Assembly: GCA_046329555.1 (NCBI GenBank)
Contig: JAXLUK010000001.1
Coordinates: forward strand, 790,855-854,854
Direction of reading: 5' to 3'
Length of the DNA: 64,000 nt
Source of the DNA: Chitinophagales bacterium
GTDB taxonomy: Bacteria > Bacteroidota > Bacteroidia > Chitinophagales > LD1
Part shown: positions 36,003 to 46,267 of the stretch, one piece after another
Position numbering within the stretch: the first letter of the stretch is position 1
How the letters are laid out: every line of letters begins with the position of its first letter
Translations under genes and position numbers: made by a program
Notes under the pieces: generated by a model
Databases searched by the model: none
What the model was told of the DNA's origin: nothing
Seen by the model: only the letters and a program-made list of their open reading frames with translations

Positions 36003-37496
36003 TTATTGCAACCGCAGCAATTCCTGAGCAATGGCGCGGTTGTTGGTGAGTCGCGCCACTTTATTCTGTCCGCCTAATTTTCCGGTTTCCTTCATATAAT
36101 CTACAAAAGAGCCTTTGCGCAAGGAAACTACTTGCAACGACTTCAAAATATTTCCTGCGCGTAAATCGCGGTAATAAATATTCTTCTCCTGCATACAGGT
36201 ATCTAACTTCAACTGAAAACCTTCCCTATCACCTGGCGGTACCGCAAATTCTATCAACCATTCGTGATACGGCAAGCCCGCTTCAGGATTTACCTGTGGC
36301 GCCACCGTAAACTCGGCTACCTGCGCACCAAGAGCGTGCGCTGCCTGCTGCATGGCATATTCTACCTCCTCCGCAATCACATGCTCACCAAAAGCCGAAA
36401 TAAAATGCTTCACCCGGCCCGTTACTACTATGCGATACGGTTGCAGCGAAACAAATTTGACCGTATCACCCAAATTGTACGCCCACAAACCGGCATTAGT
36501 GCTCAGCAATATGGCGTAGTTGACACCCAGTTCCACTTCCTCCAGCATCATTCGGTGCGCACCCGGCTTGCCGATATCTTCTACTTTAATGAACTCATAA
36601 AAAATACCTGCATTCACATTCAACAATAATCCCGGTTGCACCTGGCTATCCTGAAAGGCAATAAATCCCTCGCTGGCCGGATAGGTCTCCACGCTCGGAA
36701 TCCGTTGTCCCATCAGCGTTTCCAGCTTGGCGCGGTAGGGCTCGTAGTTCACGCCGCCATAAACAAACAGCTGAAATTGCGGAAAAACCTCACGCACCGT
36801 TTTCTTTCCCGATACCTCCAGCAACCGTTCAAAATACATCACCACCCAGGGCGGAATACCGCTGATGAGCGACATCTTTTCGCGCAGCGTTTCGCGGGCA
36901 ATGGCATCTACCTTTTGTTCCCAATCGTCTATGCAATTGGTGGTGTAGGAAGGCATGCGGTTTCGGTTAAGATAGGCTGGCACATGGTGATAGACAATAC
37001 CGCTCAGCCTTCCGCAGGGCACTTCGCCGTGATGACCCAATTCCGGAGAACCTTGCAAAAAAATCATTTTATGATCGAAGAACTCGGCGCGGCCGGTTTC
37101 ATAAACATACATCAACAGGGCATTGCGGGCTGCGCGAATTTGCTCGGCAATGGATTCGCGGGTTAACGGAATGTATTTGATGCCTGAAGTAGTGCCCGAT
37201 GATTTACAAAAGTAAAGCGGCATGCCCGGCCATAGCGTACCCGGCTTGCCTTCGGCAATCATTTCGATATAGTGCCGCATATCTTCATATTCCTTCACCG
37301 GAACTGCATGGCGGAAATCGTGATAATTTTTGATGCCCGTAAATTCATGTTCGGTGCCGAAGCGCGTATGCTGTGCCTTATTGATTAACTGCTGTAAAAC
37401 TTGCTGCTGAAGCGCAACAGCGTGTTCATGTTCGCGATAGATTCGCGGTGCCACAAGGCCTGCGGCCAGGCGCGCCATGGTAGCTTTCCAACCCAT
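36003..37496 (-). CDS. GH3 auxin-responsive-promoter family protein (acyl-adenylate-forming fold)
   Basis: The typical bacteroidetal GH3 layout is present (TRFG.EH.F..I..Y..F...VP...YED; FCKSSGTTSG). The start is uncertain (37496 or 37478). Confidence 0.8.
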   Translation of the reverse strand: MGWKATMARLAAGLVAPRIYREHEHAVALQQQVLQQLINKAQHTRFGTEHEFTGIKNYHDFRHAVPVKEYEDMRHYIEMIAEGKPGTLWPGMPLYFCKSSGTTSGIKYIPLTRESIAEQIRAARNALLMYVYETGRAEFFDHKMIFLQGSPELGHHGEVPCGRLSGIVYHHVPAYLNRNRMPSYTTNCIDDWEQKVDAIARETLREKMSLISGIPPWVVMYFERLLEVSGKKTVREVFPQFQLFVYGGVNYEPYRAKLETLMGQRIPSVETYPASEGFIAFQDSQVQPGLLLNVNAGIFYEFIKVEDIGKPGAHRMMLEEVELGVNYAILLSTNAGLWAYNLGDTVKFVSLQPYRIVVTGRVKHFISAFGEHVIAEEVEYAMQQAAHALGAQVAEFTVAPQVNPEAGLPYHEWLIEFAVPPGDREGFQLKLDTCMQEKNIYYRDLRAGNILKSLQVVSLRKGSFVDYMKETGKLGGQNKVARLTNNRAIAQELLRLQ

Positions 37497-37537
37497 GCCA
37501 CCAAAGTTGGTATTTTCTTCGGAATTGTGGTATTGGC

Positions 37538-38359
37538 TTAGCGCAGCACCCGGCCCATTAAACTCAACCACACATAGCGCAGTCTACTCAGCTTTCGCCG
37601 GTATTCCAACTCATCACTTCCTTCCAGCACATGATATCCGATTTGGTGCTGATCTAACAATCGCGCAATTTCACTGCTGGGCAGAAAGGCGTTATCGGGC
37701 AATTGCAGCCGGCGGAATTCTTCGTTCATCCAATGCACCAGTTTCCATTGGCGGGGAATACTGGCCGTTCCTTTCAATAAGCCCGCAACCTCTGGGAATT
37801 TGTCATCGTTTGAAATCTTATCAATAAAACGCTTCAACTGAAATTTACTGATGCCGCTGTTCAGAATTTTGATGGGCAACATCCAATCGCGATTATCGGC
37901 GGTGACCATCATTTTTGTCCGATCATAACAATATTGCATCAGTTCACTGCCCTTTGGCGCTTTCATTAAGTTACCGACGGCCTGAATTTTATGGTGATCC
38001 CGGAAAAAATATTCGCCCTTTAACTCAATCATTTCATGAAGACAGGTGATATCCATATCACTCCAAACGCCACCTTCTTCCAATAATAATTTGTAACGGA
38101 ACAAATCAGAAAATCCGGCAAAGCTGCCTTTGCCAACGCCCAGGGTCGACGCTTTTTTGTATGAGAAAACTTCGCTGGCCGGGATAATTTTTCCTGCATC
38201 GGCAATCACCGTTCCTTCCGGAATGCGCTGAACCTCATCGTAAATCCACAACCTGAAGGTATATCCCTGACGTTGAAACGAGCGAATCGTCAATTGACTG
38301 ATAGGCGATAACTTATCGCCAATCCATAATCCATTAATAGTGATTTCTGGTGTATTCAC
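37538..38359 (-). CDS. Glycosyltransferase, GT32-like (DXD sugar-transferase motif family)
   Basis: FSDLFRYKLLLEEGGVWSDMD is the Gly_transf_sug-type motif. Confidence 0.65.
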   Translation of the reverse strand: MNTPEITINGLWIGDKLSPISQLTIRSFQRQGYTFRLWIYDEVQRIPEGTVIADAGKIIPASEVFSYKKASTLGVGKGSFAGFSDLFRYKLLLEEGGVWSDMDITCLHEMIELKGEYFFRDHHKIQAVGNLMKAPKGSELMQYCYDRTKMMVTADNRDWMLPIKILNSGISKFQLKRFIDKISNDDKFPEVAGLLKGTASIPRQWKLVHWMNEEFRRLQLPDNAFLPSSEIARLLDQHQIGYHVLEGSDELEYRRKLSRLRYVWLSLMGRVLR

Positions 38360-38418
38360 GGCTTTATTTTAAGACCAGATTAGTGGTTATCTGGTTGGCA
38401 GTACAAGCACTATGCCAT

Positions 38419-40017
38419 TTAATTCATGCGTTCCGTTTTGAATTCTGAATTAAAATGAAACTCAATATCGGGATTATTTTCCCGTTCCATTTTCAGGAAC
38501 CATTCTGATGGCGCCAGATAAACCAGATTGCCATCTTTATCATGCACCACAGCGCTTGATTTAAACCGAACAAAATCTTCCAGTTTTTGCGGATCGCTGC
38601 TGCGTAACCAGCATGCCTTAGTCATGTTAATGGGATGAAAGCGACAACTGGCGCCATATTCATGCAACAGGCGATATTGAATCACTTCAAATTGCAATTC
38701 ACCCACTGTGCCTACATATTTCCGGTTGCCCGGCTGTTGCGTAAATAATTGTGCCACGCCTTCGTCGGTTAACTGCGTTATACCTTTTTCCAATTGTTTC
38801 GACTTCATGGGGTCGGTATTCACCAATTCTTTAAAAATTTCAGGGGAGAAGGATGGAATGCCGTGAATGCGGAAATCTTCTCCTTCCGTTAATACATCGG
38901 CAATTTTAAAATTGCCCGTATCATACAAGCCCACCACATCGCCCGGATACGCTTCTTCAACAATATTCTTTTCCTGCGCCATGAAAGTTACCGGTGTACT
39001 GAATCGGAAATCTTTCTCTAACCGACAATGGTGATAATATTTTCCCCGCTCGAATTTACCGGAAACAATGCGCATAAAGGCGATTCTATCGCGGTGCTTG
39101 GGATCCAGATTGGCGTGAATTTTAAAGATAAAGCCCACCATCTTTTTTTCTTCCGGTTCAATGAAACGAATATCGGTTTCACGACCCTTGGGCGTAGGTG
39201 CAATATCTACAAACGTATCCAGCATTTCGCGGATTCCGAAGTTGTTTACTGCAGAACCAAAAAACACAGGAGCCAAGTTTCCTTTCAAGTATTCGTCGTG
39301 GTCAAAAACATCATATACGGCTTCCAGCATTTCGGCGTCTTCCCGCAATTGTTGTGCATCGCGCTCTCCTACTTCCTGCACCAGGCGCGGATCGTTCAAA
39401 TCGGTGATGGCGACTACTTCATCAGAAACGCGGGTGGCTGAGGGTTTGAATAAATTCAGTGCCTTGCCGTGTAAATCGTAAACACCTTTGAATAAAGAGC
39501 CGCGGTTAATTGGCCAGGTCAGCGGCCTGGTACGAATGCGCAATTCCTTTTCTATCTCATCCAGCAAATCAAATGGATCACGTCCTTCGCGGTCCAGCTT
39601 GTTCACGAAAACAATCACCGGTGTTTTACGCATAGCGCAAACTTCCATCAATTTCCGGGTTTGCTCTTCAACCCCTTTTACCGAATCTACCACCATAATC
39701 ACTGAGTCTACCGCTGTCAACGTGCGATACGTATCTTCTGCAAAATCTTTGTGACCAGGAGTATCCAGAATATTGATGAGCTTATTGCGATATTCAAACG
39801 TCATCACCGAAGTAGCCACGGAAATTCCCCGTTGCTTTTCTATCTCCATAAAATCGGAGGTGGTGGCCTTTTTAATCTTGTTCGATTTTACAGCACCAGC
39901 GGTTTGAATGGCGCCACCAAACAACAGCAATTTTTCAGTAAGCGTTGTTTTTCCCGCATCTGGGTGCGCAATAATGCCAAACGTTTTTCGGCGGTGTAAT
40001 TCGGTGGTAAACGACAT
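38419..40017 (-). CDS. prfC: Peptide chain release factor 3
   Basis: GTPase motifs ([18 protein letters not shown]) and full-length RF3 similarity. Confidence 0.95.
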   Translation of the reverse strand: MSFTTELHRRKTFGIIAHPDAGKTTLTEKLLLFGGAIQTAGAVKSNKIKKATTSDFMEIEKQRGISVATSVMTFEYRNKLINILDTPGHKDFAEDTYRTLTAVDSVIMVVDSVKGVEEQTRKLMEVCAMRKTPVIVFVNKLDREGRDPFDLLDEIEKELRIRTRPLTWPINRGSLFKGVYDLHGKALNLFKPSATRVSDEVVAITDLNDPRLVQEVGERDAQQLREDAEMLEAVYDVFDHDEYLKGNLAPVFFGSAVNNFGIREMLDTFVDIAPTPKGRETDIRFIEPEEKKMVGFIFKIHANLDPKHRDRIAFMRIVSGKFERGKYYHHCRLEKDFRFSTPVTFMAQEKNIVEEAYPGDVVGLYDTGNFKIADVLTEGEDFRIHGIPSFSPEIFKELVNTDPMKSKQLEKGITQLTDEGVAQLFTQQPGNRKYVGTVGELQFEVIQYRLLHEYGASCRFHPINMTKACWLRSSDPQKLEDFVRFKSSAVVHDKDGNLVYLAPSEWFLKMERENNPDIEFHFNSEFKTERMN

Positions 40018-40055
40018 AAGGCCGCGAATGTAATTGATTTAGGATTTCTTTCGAC

Positions 40056-40736
40056 CTACAACAAGCCCAGTTGATCCACCTTACCGGCAATACTCACCGA
40101 GCGCATATGCGCTTCTAACTGGCCGAAATCAGCCCGGTTGACCCATTGCGTGATGCGGCCTTCTTCCAGCAATAAAATATGGTGGCAGGTTTCACTGAGG
40201 GTAGCGAAAATGTGCGACGATAAAAACACCGTTTTGCCCATGGCCGCCAGGCGCATTACCACTTCCGTTATCATCAGATTGCTTTGAATATCTACACCAT
40301 TAAAAGGCTCATCCAGAATATAATACTGATTGGGCAGCAGTAGAATTGCCCATAATGCGAGCTTCTTCTTCATTCCCGTGGAATAGGTGGAGGCGTATTG
40401 TTGCAAGGGCAGTTCGAACACATTCCGTTCTTCCAGATTCAACACATCTTCCTGACGGGCGGCGGCCACCATGCGCACATATTCTTCTCCGGTTACTTTA
40501 TCGAAGAATGCCGGCTCTGCCGGAAGAAAGCCCATGGCATTTTTCAAGGGCTGTACCGGTGCGGTAACGGTACCTTCGTAATTTTCCAAACCAGCCATAC
40601 AACGGAACCATGTTGTTTTTCCGGCTCCATTAGCGCCTACCACACCATAAATTTTACCTTCTTCAAATTCAGCATTCAACTGATGAAGTACCGGCTGGTT
40701 ATGGTAGCGTTTAGTCAATTGATGAATCGAAATCAT
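40056..40736 (-). CDS. ABC transporter ATP-binding protein
   Basis: Walker A GANGAGKTT, signature YSTGMKKKL, Walker B YYILDEP. The start ATG overlaps the upstream stop (ATGA). Confidence 0.9.
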   Translation of the reverse strand: MISIHQLTKRYHNQPVLHQLNAEFEEGKIYGVVGANGAGKTTWFRCMAGLENYEGTVTAPVQPLKNAMGFLPAEPAFFDKVTGEEYVRMVAAARQEDVLNLEERNVFELPLQQYASTYSTGMKKKLALWAILLLPNQYYILDEPFNGVDIQSNLMITEVVMRLAAMGKTVFLSSHIFATLSETCHHILLLEEGRITQWVNRADFGQLEAHMRSVSIAGKVDQLGLL

Positions 40737-41650
40737 GTCAGTAGCATTTGCAGCCGTTGGCGGGCTTTGATGAAACAATAAGGCAGCACGATGGGCAGGA
40801 AGAACGGTAATACCATACAAAGGCCTAATAATAAGGCTTGTGCTAAACTGCTGTCATGAGGAAAAAGTAAATAACGGCCCAACACCGCCAGCGCAAGGTA
40901 GAGCGGCACTAAGCATAATACAGCAAACAATAATGGCCATTGCTGCGGTGCGCTGCATAAAACCACTAACCACGGTAGCAGCAGTAACGCCAAACCATAT
41001 CGCACCGCATGCTTTATTTTATGCCGTAAAAAGGATGCGGCATGGTGCCGGTGTTGCCAAACAAAAAATGAATCATCGGGTGTAGTAAAATAGCTTGCTG
41101 CCAACAATCCTATGGCCACCATACTTACAACAGCCAGATTCAGGTTGCCAACCGCGATACCTATTCCCACCAGGCTATACAACAACAGTAGTACCCATCT
41201 ACTTTTGCGGAAGCCCTTGATAAATTCCGGCGCCTGTGCACCGAATGGTGTGGTTAACACGTGGGTACTTCCATTCCGCCACAAAATCATGGCTAGTAAT
41301 ACACCGAATAGCAAGGGTAAAAACGACCACCAACCATATCCTTCAAAAACCATGAACAGTGTAAAAGGCAGTGCAAGGCAGGCATTTTCTATGATACGTA
41401 ATTTAAAGAATTGTTTGCGTTCAAATAGCATCAGCAAAGGTTCATTTCGTTGGCGGGCTGAAAGCGGCCAAAGCAAAAGAGCAGCCAATAACGGATAAGC
41501 CAGATGGGCATGCATCACCTTACTGCAAAACACCAAAGAGAAAGCAACAAACAGACCAACCACCAATACCCCCAGAAGCCAGGGCGAAAATCCCGAATCT
41601 GTGCACCAGCGCGCTAGTATGCGTAAACGTAAAACTAAGTAGTAGATCAA
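40733..41650 (-). CDS. Hypothetical polytopic membrane protein (putative permease partner of the ABC ATPase)
   Basis: 305 aa with about 8 hydrophobic helices. It is translationally coupled to the ATPase gene. Confidence 0.55.
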   Translation of the reverse strand: MIYYLVLRLRILARWCTDSGFSPWLLGVLVVGLFVAFSLVFCSKVMHAHLAYPLLAALLLWPLSARQRNEPLLMLFERKQFFKLRIIENACLALPFTLFMVFEGYGWWSFLPLLFGVLLAMILWRNGSTHVLTTPFGAQAPEFIKGFRKSRWVLLLLYSLVGIGIAVGNLNLAVVSMVAIGLLAASYFTTPDDSFFVWQHRHHAASFLRHKIKHAVRYGLALLLLPWLVVLCSAPQQWPLLFAVLCLVPLYLALAVLGRYLLFPHDSSLAQALLLGLCMVLPFFLPIVLPYCFIKARQRLQMLLT

Positions 41651-41688
41651 TGCTAAAAACCAAATTCAAATATATGCCGTTTTGAACT

Positions 41689-44058
41689 TTACTGCTTAAT
41701 ACGATTAAACTCCTTCTCGTTCACACTTTTATTGTGGTAGCGTACTTCTTTTAAATGTCCAAAGTTGTACGTTATCGTAATGCGACCGTACCGCGTATTA
41801 AATTGTTGATTGAAATTATTTGTAATTGGCCCTTGCACCCGATAACCCTGATTGCGCGCAGAAAACAGAAAATCGTTCCAGGTTAATTGAATACTCAGTT
41901 GATTGTTCAGAAAACTTCTGGAAACCCCTAGCGTGGCGTAATAGTAGGGCTTTCGATAGCCTACACCATCGCTCACCCACCCATAAAATTCGGCCGACAG
42001 ATCAACATTCATAATTTTCGGAATCATGAATTGGTGATAAGTATTAACATATAATTGCGGGATTAGCGGACGGAAGGTAAAGCGTCCGGAACGGTCATCA
42101 ATCACATTCACATTGAGTGCCACGGTATTATAAGTATTATACCATTTTGATTCGAAGGGAATGTCGAAAGCGATATTTACCTGGTGATAGTTTTGAAGAT
42201 TTCCTTTGGTAAACTGCACACTACCTGAACCCGCCTCTCCTGTTGATACCCATTGCCATATCTTGTTTCTGGTATAAGCATAACCCAGTTTAAAAGAGTA
42301 ATTTTTGAAAGAAATTTTCCATTCAAACGAATGCGTCAACTCTGGCCTGAGAAAGGAGTTCCCTCTGATGGAAGTCAATGAATCGATATACCAAACAAAA
42401 GGATCCAAATCCTGATAAACTGGTCTGTTGATTCGATGCGAATAACTCCATACACTTCGCCAATTTTGCGTAACTAACCAATCTACCTTTGCGGTAGGAA
42501 AGAAATTAAAATAGGTAGTATCAAAAACAGTTTGATTCAACTTTTTTGAAAATCCTTTTACGGAAGAAACTTCGGCCCGGGTACCAAAGCTAAAACGGAA
42601 CGCCTGATATTTCCAATTGAACAAGGCGTAGGCCGCGGGAACAATTTCGCGATATACGAAGTTATTGGCGTATTGCGGATAATCTTGCCAAACGATGCTG
42701 CCATCAGCTTTGGAACGTATCGCCATAGCGCTGCTATTTACCGTATGCGCATACTTGGCGCCAAAGGCCATGCTAAATCCATCACCCAATTGTTTAACTA
42801 CATCCAATTGCGCAGTAATCAGGTGAATTTGATTGGAACCATCATTAGCGCGTAAAGCTGCCCATTGCTCTGTAGCGCGTGAAATCGTTTCAGCAATACG
42901 GTCGTGTAGTGCCGTTTGGAAATTGCAATACTGTGCTCCGAAAAACAGCGTACTTCCAGAAGAATCTAACTGATGATTAACGTTTACATTAAGTGCATTG
43001 TTCATGTTTATCGTACGCGCTGCATTTCGCATCGCAATAGTTGTAACTGAAGCATCTGTTCCATTGGTTACCCCCTGATTTCTAACGTCCAGATCAAACA
43101 GGTTATACAAGCCATCATATTGAAGTGAAACATCGGTTTTATCAGAGGGGTGAAACTCCATCCCGAATCGGTAATTCGCTACGTAGGTTGACCTGGGATG
43201 CTCTTCATAGTAACTATTTGTCACTATATCGCCGCTTGCTGTGTTGGTCTTAGTGCTGTAGCGGTTGTTGGCCCAATCTGTTCCCGAAGCCAGCGCATAT
43301 CCAGCAGACATCCCCAACTTCTTCTTTTGCCAGTTCAACGATGCATCCAGGTTATTTTGAAAATGTCTTCCATAGGTAGCGGTTTCGGTAACCGTACCTG
43401 TGATACCTTCGCTGTCATTGGGTTTCAATTTGATGACCACTACCGCGCGGCCGTTTGCATCATAGCGAGCTGATGGATTGCTGATAATTTCCACTGATTG
43501 AATTTGATCGGGGGGATAGCTTCGCAAAGTTTCCAGTGTGATTTGCTTTCCGCGCAGATAAATAAGTGCTTCTCCCGTTCCGAACAAAAACAACTTACCA
43601 CCGGCTAAAGAAATACCGGGAACTTTCTGCAACAACTCAGTAGTTGAAGCCGTGGCAGCCAGCAACGTATGCTCAACATTAATTCGGGCGCCCTCATCGG
43701 TTCGCTGATATAAAGGTTTCCGGGCAGTCACTTCCACCTCGCGAGCGGTGATGGCCAATGGTTCCAATATCAAATTGCCGATATGAAGGGGCATCGAACT
43801 ATCTGATATTTGTACCGCCACTTTCCGGCTGGCATAATCGGGAACCTGAATCACTAATTCATAATTACCCGCCTCCAGATTCATCAATAAGTTCCCTTTG
43901 TCAAAAGAAGTAAAACGAACAAGCGATGAGTCGCCATTGCGGTAAACCAACACATCGCCCTGCAGTGCCCGATTTCGTTGATCAGTAATAAACGCCGTAC
44001 ACTGCGCCAGAATTTGATTCGCAGTTAGAAGAAAAGCAAAAAGTAAACCCATGCGCAT
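41689..44058 (-). CDS. Outer membrane beta-barrel protein, TonB-dependent-receptor-like with CarboxypepD_reg N-domain
   Basis: Signal peptide, a plug-like segment, an alternating beta-strand pattern, and a terminal aromatic-rich strand. Confidence 0.75.
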   Translation of the reverse strand: MRMGLLFAFLLTANQILAQCTAFITDQRNRALQGDVLVYRNGDSSLVRFTSFDKGNLLMNLEAGNYELVIQVPDYASRKVAVQISDSSMPLHIGNLILEPLAITAREVEVTARKPLYQRTDEGARINVEHTLLAATASTTELLQKVPGISLAGGKLFLFGTGEALIYLRGKQITLETLRSYPPDQIQSVEIISNPSARYDANGRAVVVIKLKPNDSEGITGTVTETATYGRHFQNNLDASLNWQKKKLGMSAGYALASGTDWANNRYSTKTNTASGDIVTNSYYEEHPRSTYVANYRFGMEFHPSDKTDVSLQYDGLYNLFDLDVRNQGVTNGTDASVTTIAMRNAARTINMNNALNVNVNHQLDSSGSTLFFGAQYCNFQTALHDRIAETISRATEQWAALRANDGSNQIHLITAQLDVVKQLGDGFSMAFGAKYAHTVNSSAMAIRSKADGSIVWQDYPQYANNFVYREIVPAAYALFNWKYQAFRFSFGTRAEVSSVKGFSKKLNQTVFDTTYFNFFPTAKVDWLVTQNWRSVWSYSHRINRPVYQDLDPFVWYIDSLTSIRGNSFLRPELTHSFEWKISFKNYSFKLGYAYTRNKIWQWVSTGEAGSGSVQFTKGNLQNYHQVNIAFDIPFESKWYNTYNTVALNVNVIDDRSGRFTFRPLIPQLYVNTYHQFMIPKIMNVDLSAEFYGWVSDGVGYRKPYYYATLGVSRSFLNNQLSIQLTWNDFLFSARNQGYRVQGPITNNFNQQFNTRYGRITITYNFGHLKEVRYHNKSVNEKEFNRIKQ

Positions 44059-44138
44059 AGCTCATTTTTTTTACAAATGACGCTGAAGCGCACTAAAGCC
44101 GGTGGCCACACCACCGACATTTTCGGCCATACTATCCG

Positions 44139-45068
44139 TTAATTTAAATGAGACATCGCACTAATCAGGCGGCTCACCTGACGCTCGCTGCGTAAACCAC
44201 AATGAGCTGCAATTTGGTGACGCGACAAATCTGGCCGGTTCAGTAACTCCTGAATCCGCTCTTTGCGCAGGGTGGTAATATACTCATTAACGGTAACGCC
44301 GGTCTCCCGTTTAAAGATGCGTGTGAAGTTACGCGTACTCATATTCGCCATCCGTGCCAACTCGTCAAGATTGATTCGCTTCCGCAAATTATCATGAAGC
44401 CAATCCTGCACCTTGTGAATGCCCGAGTGGATATGATTCCGGTAATCGAAAAACTCGCTTTGTTGTGGGTGATGCTGCCCTCTTCGATTATAAATGACCA
44501 TTTCCCGCGCAACGCGATGCGCAAAAAACGGCCCCATTAACTGCTCAACGATATACAGGGCCATATCCACTCCTGAAGCGATACCAGCACTGGTATAAAG
44601 ATTACCATCATGGGTAAACAATACGTTCTCCTGTACCTGCAAGCTGGGAAACCGCCTTTGCAGTTCTTTCGTTTTTTTCCAATGGGTAGTACACCTTCTT
44701 CCCCGCAGGATGCCAGCATGCGCCAAAGCATAGGCCCCCGAGCAAATACTACATACATTCACACCCTTGTCATATTGCCGCCTAATCCAATCAAAAAATC
44801 TGGTTTGACTCATAAACTCCTCCGATTCCAAATAGCGAATACGAGGCCCCGGAATAATTAGATAATCTCCTTCTTGTAGCTGGATAGATTTATAATGGGG
44901 TAGTTGCAAGATAGGTATACCGGAAGAGGTACAACCACTATCTTTGAGCACCGCATGCGCAATAGTGAACGGCGCTCCTGCATCTATGGCTTCCAGCAAC
45001 ACTTGCTCTGGTCCGGCCAAATCCATTAAATGCACTTCAGGCAGCAGAATAAAAACAAAATGAGTCAT
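44139..45068 (-). CDS. GlxA-family regulator (DJ-1/PfpI domain + AraC HTH)
   Basis: DJ-1-like CSICSGAYALA, then a C-terminal AraC-type HTH (MSTRNFTRIFKRETGVTVNEYI). Start chosen at MTHFVF. Confidence 0.85.
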   Translation of the reverse strand: MTHFVFILLPEVHLMDLAGPEQVLLEAIDAGAPFTIAHAVLKDSGCTSSGIPILQLPHYKSIQLQEGDYLIIPGPRIRYLESEEFMSQTRFFDWIRRQYDKGVNVCSICSGAYALAHAGILRGRRCTTHWKKTKELQRRFPSLQVQENVLFTHDGNLYTSAGIASGVDMALYIVEQLMGPFFAHRVAREMVIYNRRGQHHPQQSEFFDYRNHIHSGIHKVQDWLHDNLRKRINLDELARMANMSTRNFTRIFKRETGVTVNEYITTLRKERIQELLNRPDLSRHQIAAHCGLRSERQVSRLISAMSHLN

Positions 45069-45149
45069 ACCTACAAGGAGTTTACCACTCGAATGTACGA
45101 CTTCATCCCCACACAAAGAGCCAATAAAACGACATTTTCGGCCATTCCA

Positions 45150-45602
45150 TCAAGGCGCAGCAGATAACTGCATCCGGGTAACGAACTGGTCCGTTAATTG
45201 CTTCAGCTCACGCAAATCACTTAGGTGAAGACCTGCCTTTAACAGATGTCTCCTTAACGCCTCCGGTATCAACTTCGCCTTCATCTTTAAACGCTTGCCT
45301 TTAGATGTTAAGGACACCAACACCTTGCGTTCATCATGAAGATTCCTTCTACGTTGCACCATCGCCTTTTCTTCTAATCGCTTCAATAATGGGGTAATGG
45401 TGTTCGTATCTAATAACAACCTTTCTGCAATTTCTGTAACTGAAAGTTCGTGATGCTCCCATAGTACCAGCATGACCAGGTATTGCGGATACGTTAGGCC
45501 AATAGCCTTCAAATGCGGCTCATACACCTGCATGGTTAGGCGGGCCGCAGCGTACAACGGAAAGCACAATTGCTGTTGCAGATACAACGCCTCCTCCATC
45601 AA
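45150..45602 (-). CDS. MarR-family transcriptional regulator (OhrR-like)
   Basis: Winged HTH (LTYPQYLVMLVLWEH..LSVTEIAERLLLDTNTITPLLKRLE). It lies immediately after the gpx stop. Confidence 0.85.
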   Translation of the reverse strand: MMEEALYLQQQLCFPLYAAARLTMQVYEPHLKAIGLTYPQYLVMLVLWEHHELSVTEIAERLLLDTNTITPLLKRLEEKAMVQRRRNLHDERKVLVSLTSKGKRLKMKAKLIPEALRRHLLKAGLHLSDLRELKQLTDQFVTRMQLSAAP

Positions 45603-46097
45603 TTACAGTATTTTTTCAATATCGCCCGCCATTCCGGCCGGCGTAGAAATTGGCTCAAAGCGCTTTACCGGCTTGCCGCTTTTGTCAATCAGAAACTTGG
45701 TGAAATTCCATTTGATGGAAGTGCCGGTGAGTTTGCTTAACCATCCTCCGGATTCCTTTTTTAGATAAACAAAAACCGGGTGTGCACCAGCACCATTGAC
45801 ATCAATTTTGCTGAACATGGGAAAGCTGACACCATAATTTACCGAACAGAACTGCGAAATCTCTTCGGATGTACCGGGCTCTTGTTCGCCGAACTGATTG
45901 CAGGGAAAACCCAAAATCACCAGACCGCGGTCTTTGTATTTCTGATACAGCGCTTCGAGACCTCCATACTGCGGCGTTAAGCCGCATTTGCTGGCCGTAT
46001 TCACCACAATAATGGTTTTGCCTTTGAATCGGCTCATCGGCACTGTTTTGCCCGAAAGATCGGTGGCTTCCAGCTCATAGAAAGAAGTAGTATTCAT
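45603..46097 (-). CDS. Glutathione peroxidase
   Basis: NTASKCG active-site region, FPCNQF and WNFTKFL motifs. Start chosen at MNTTSFY because operator-like palindromes occupy the longer extension. Confidence 0.9.
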   Translation of the reverse strand: MNTTSFYELEATDLSGKTVPMSRFKGKTIIVVNTASKCGLTPQYGGLEALYQKYKDRGLVILGFPCNQFGEQEPGTSEEISQFCSVNYGVSFPMFSKIDVNGAGAHPVFVYLKKESGGWLSKLTGTSIKWNFTKFLIDKSGKPVKRFEPISTPAGMAGDIEKIL

Positions 46098-46192
46098 GAT
46101 TCGTTCATTTTTTTCAAGATAAGCCAAACGCAACCGCCAACCGGCCAGCAACAACACCAATAACAACAACCACCACTTCCCGCGCCGCATTG

Positions 46193-46225
46193 TATATCGT
46201 TTGCGATTATATCGTTTACGATATA
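46193..46225. promoter_or_regulatory. Tandem palindromic operator candidates upstream of gpx-marR
   Basis: TATATCGTTTGCGAT followed by TATATCGTTTACGATATA. The second contains the perfect palindrome ATATCGT-TT-ACGATAT. Confidence 0.4.
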
Positions 46226-46267
46226 AAAATATGGATTTTCCCCGAAATAGAAAAATGGAGCTTTAGT

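Noticed and set aside
46098-46190. N-terminal extensions of tracked ORFs: gpx from 46190, clpC from 24066, secE from 55995, GlxA from 45116, the T9SS repeat protein from 23869, the ABC ATPase from 40820, and the IS110 transposase from 35513.
   Set aside because: Internal Met positions give canonical N-termini (family-typical starts or signal peptides). They also avoid overlap with the tRNA, operator palindromes or upstream genes. The extensions have no homologous counterpart in the family patterns I recall.
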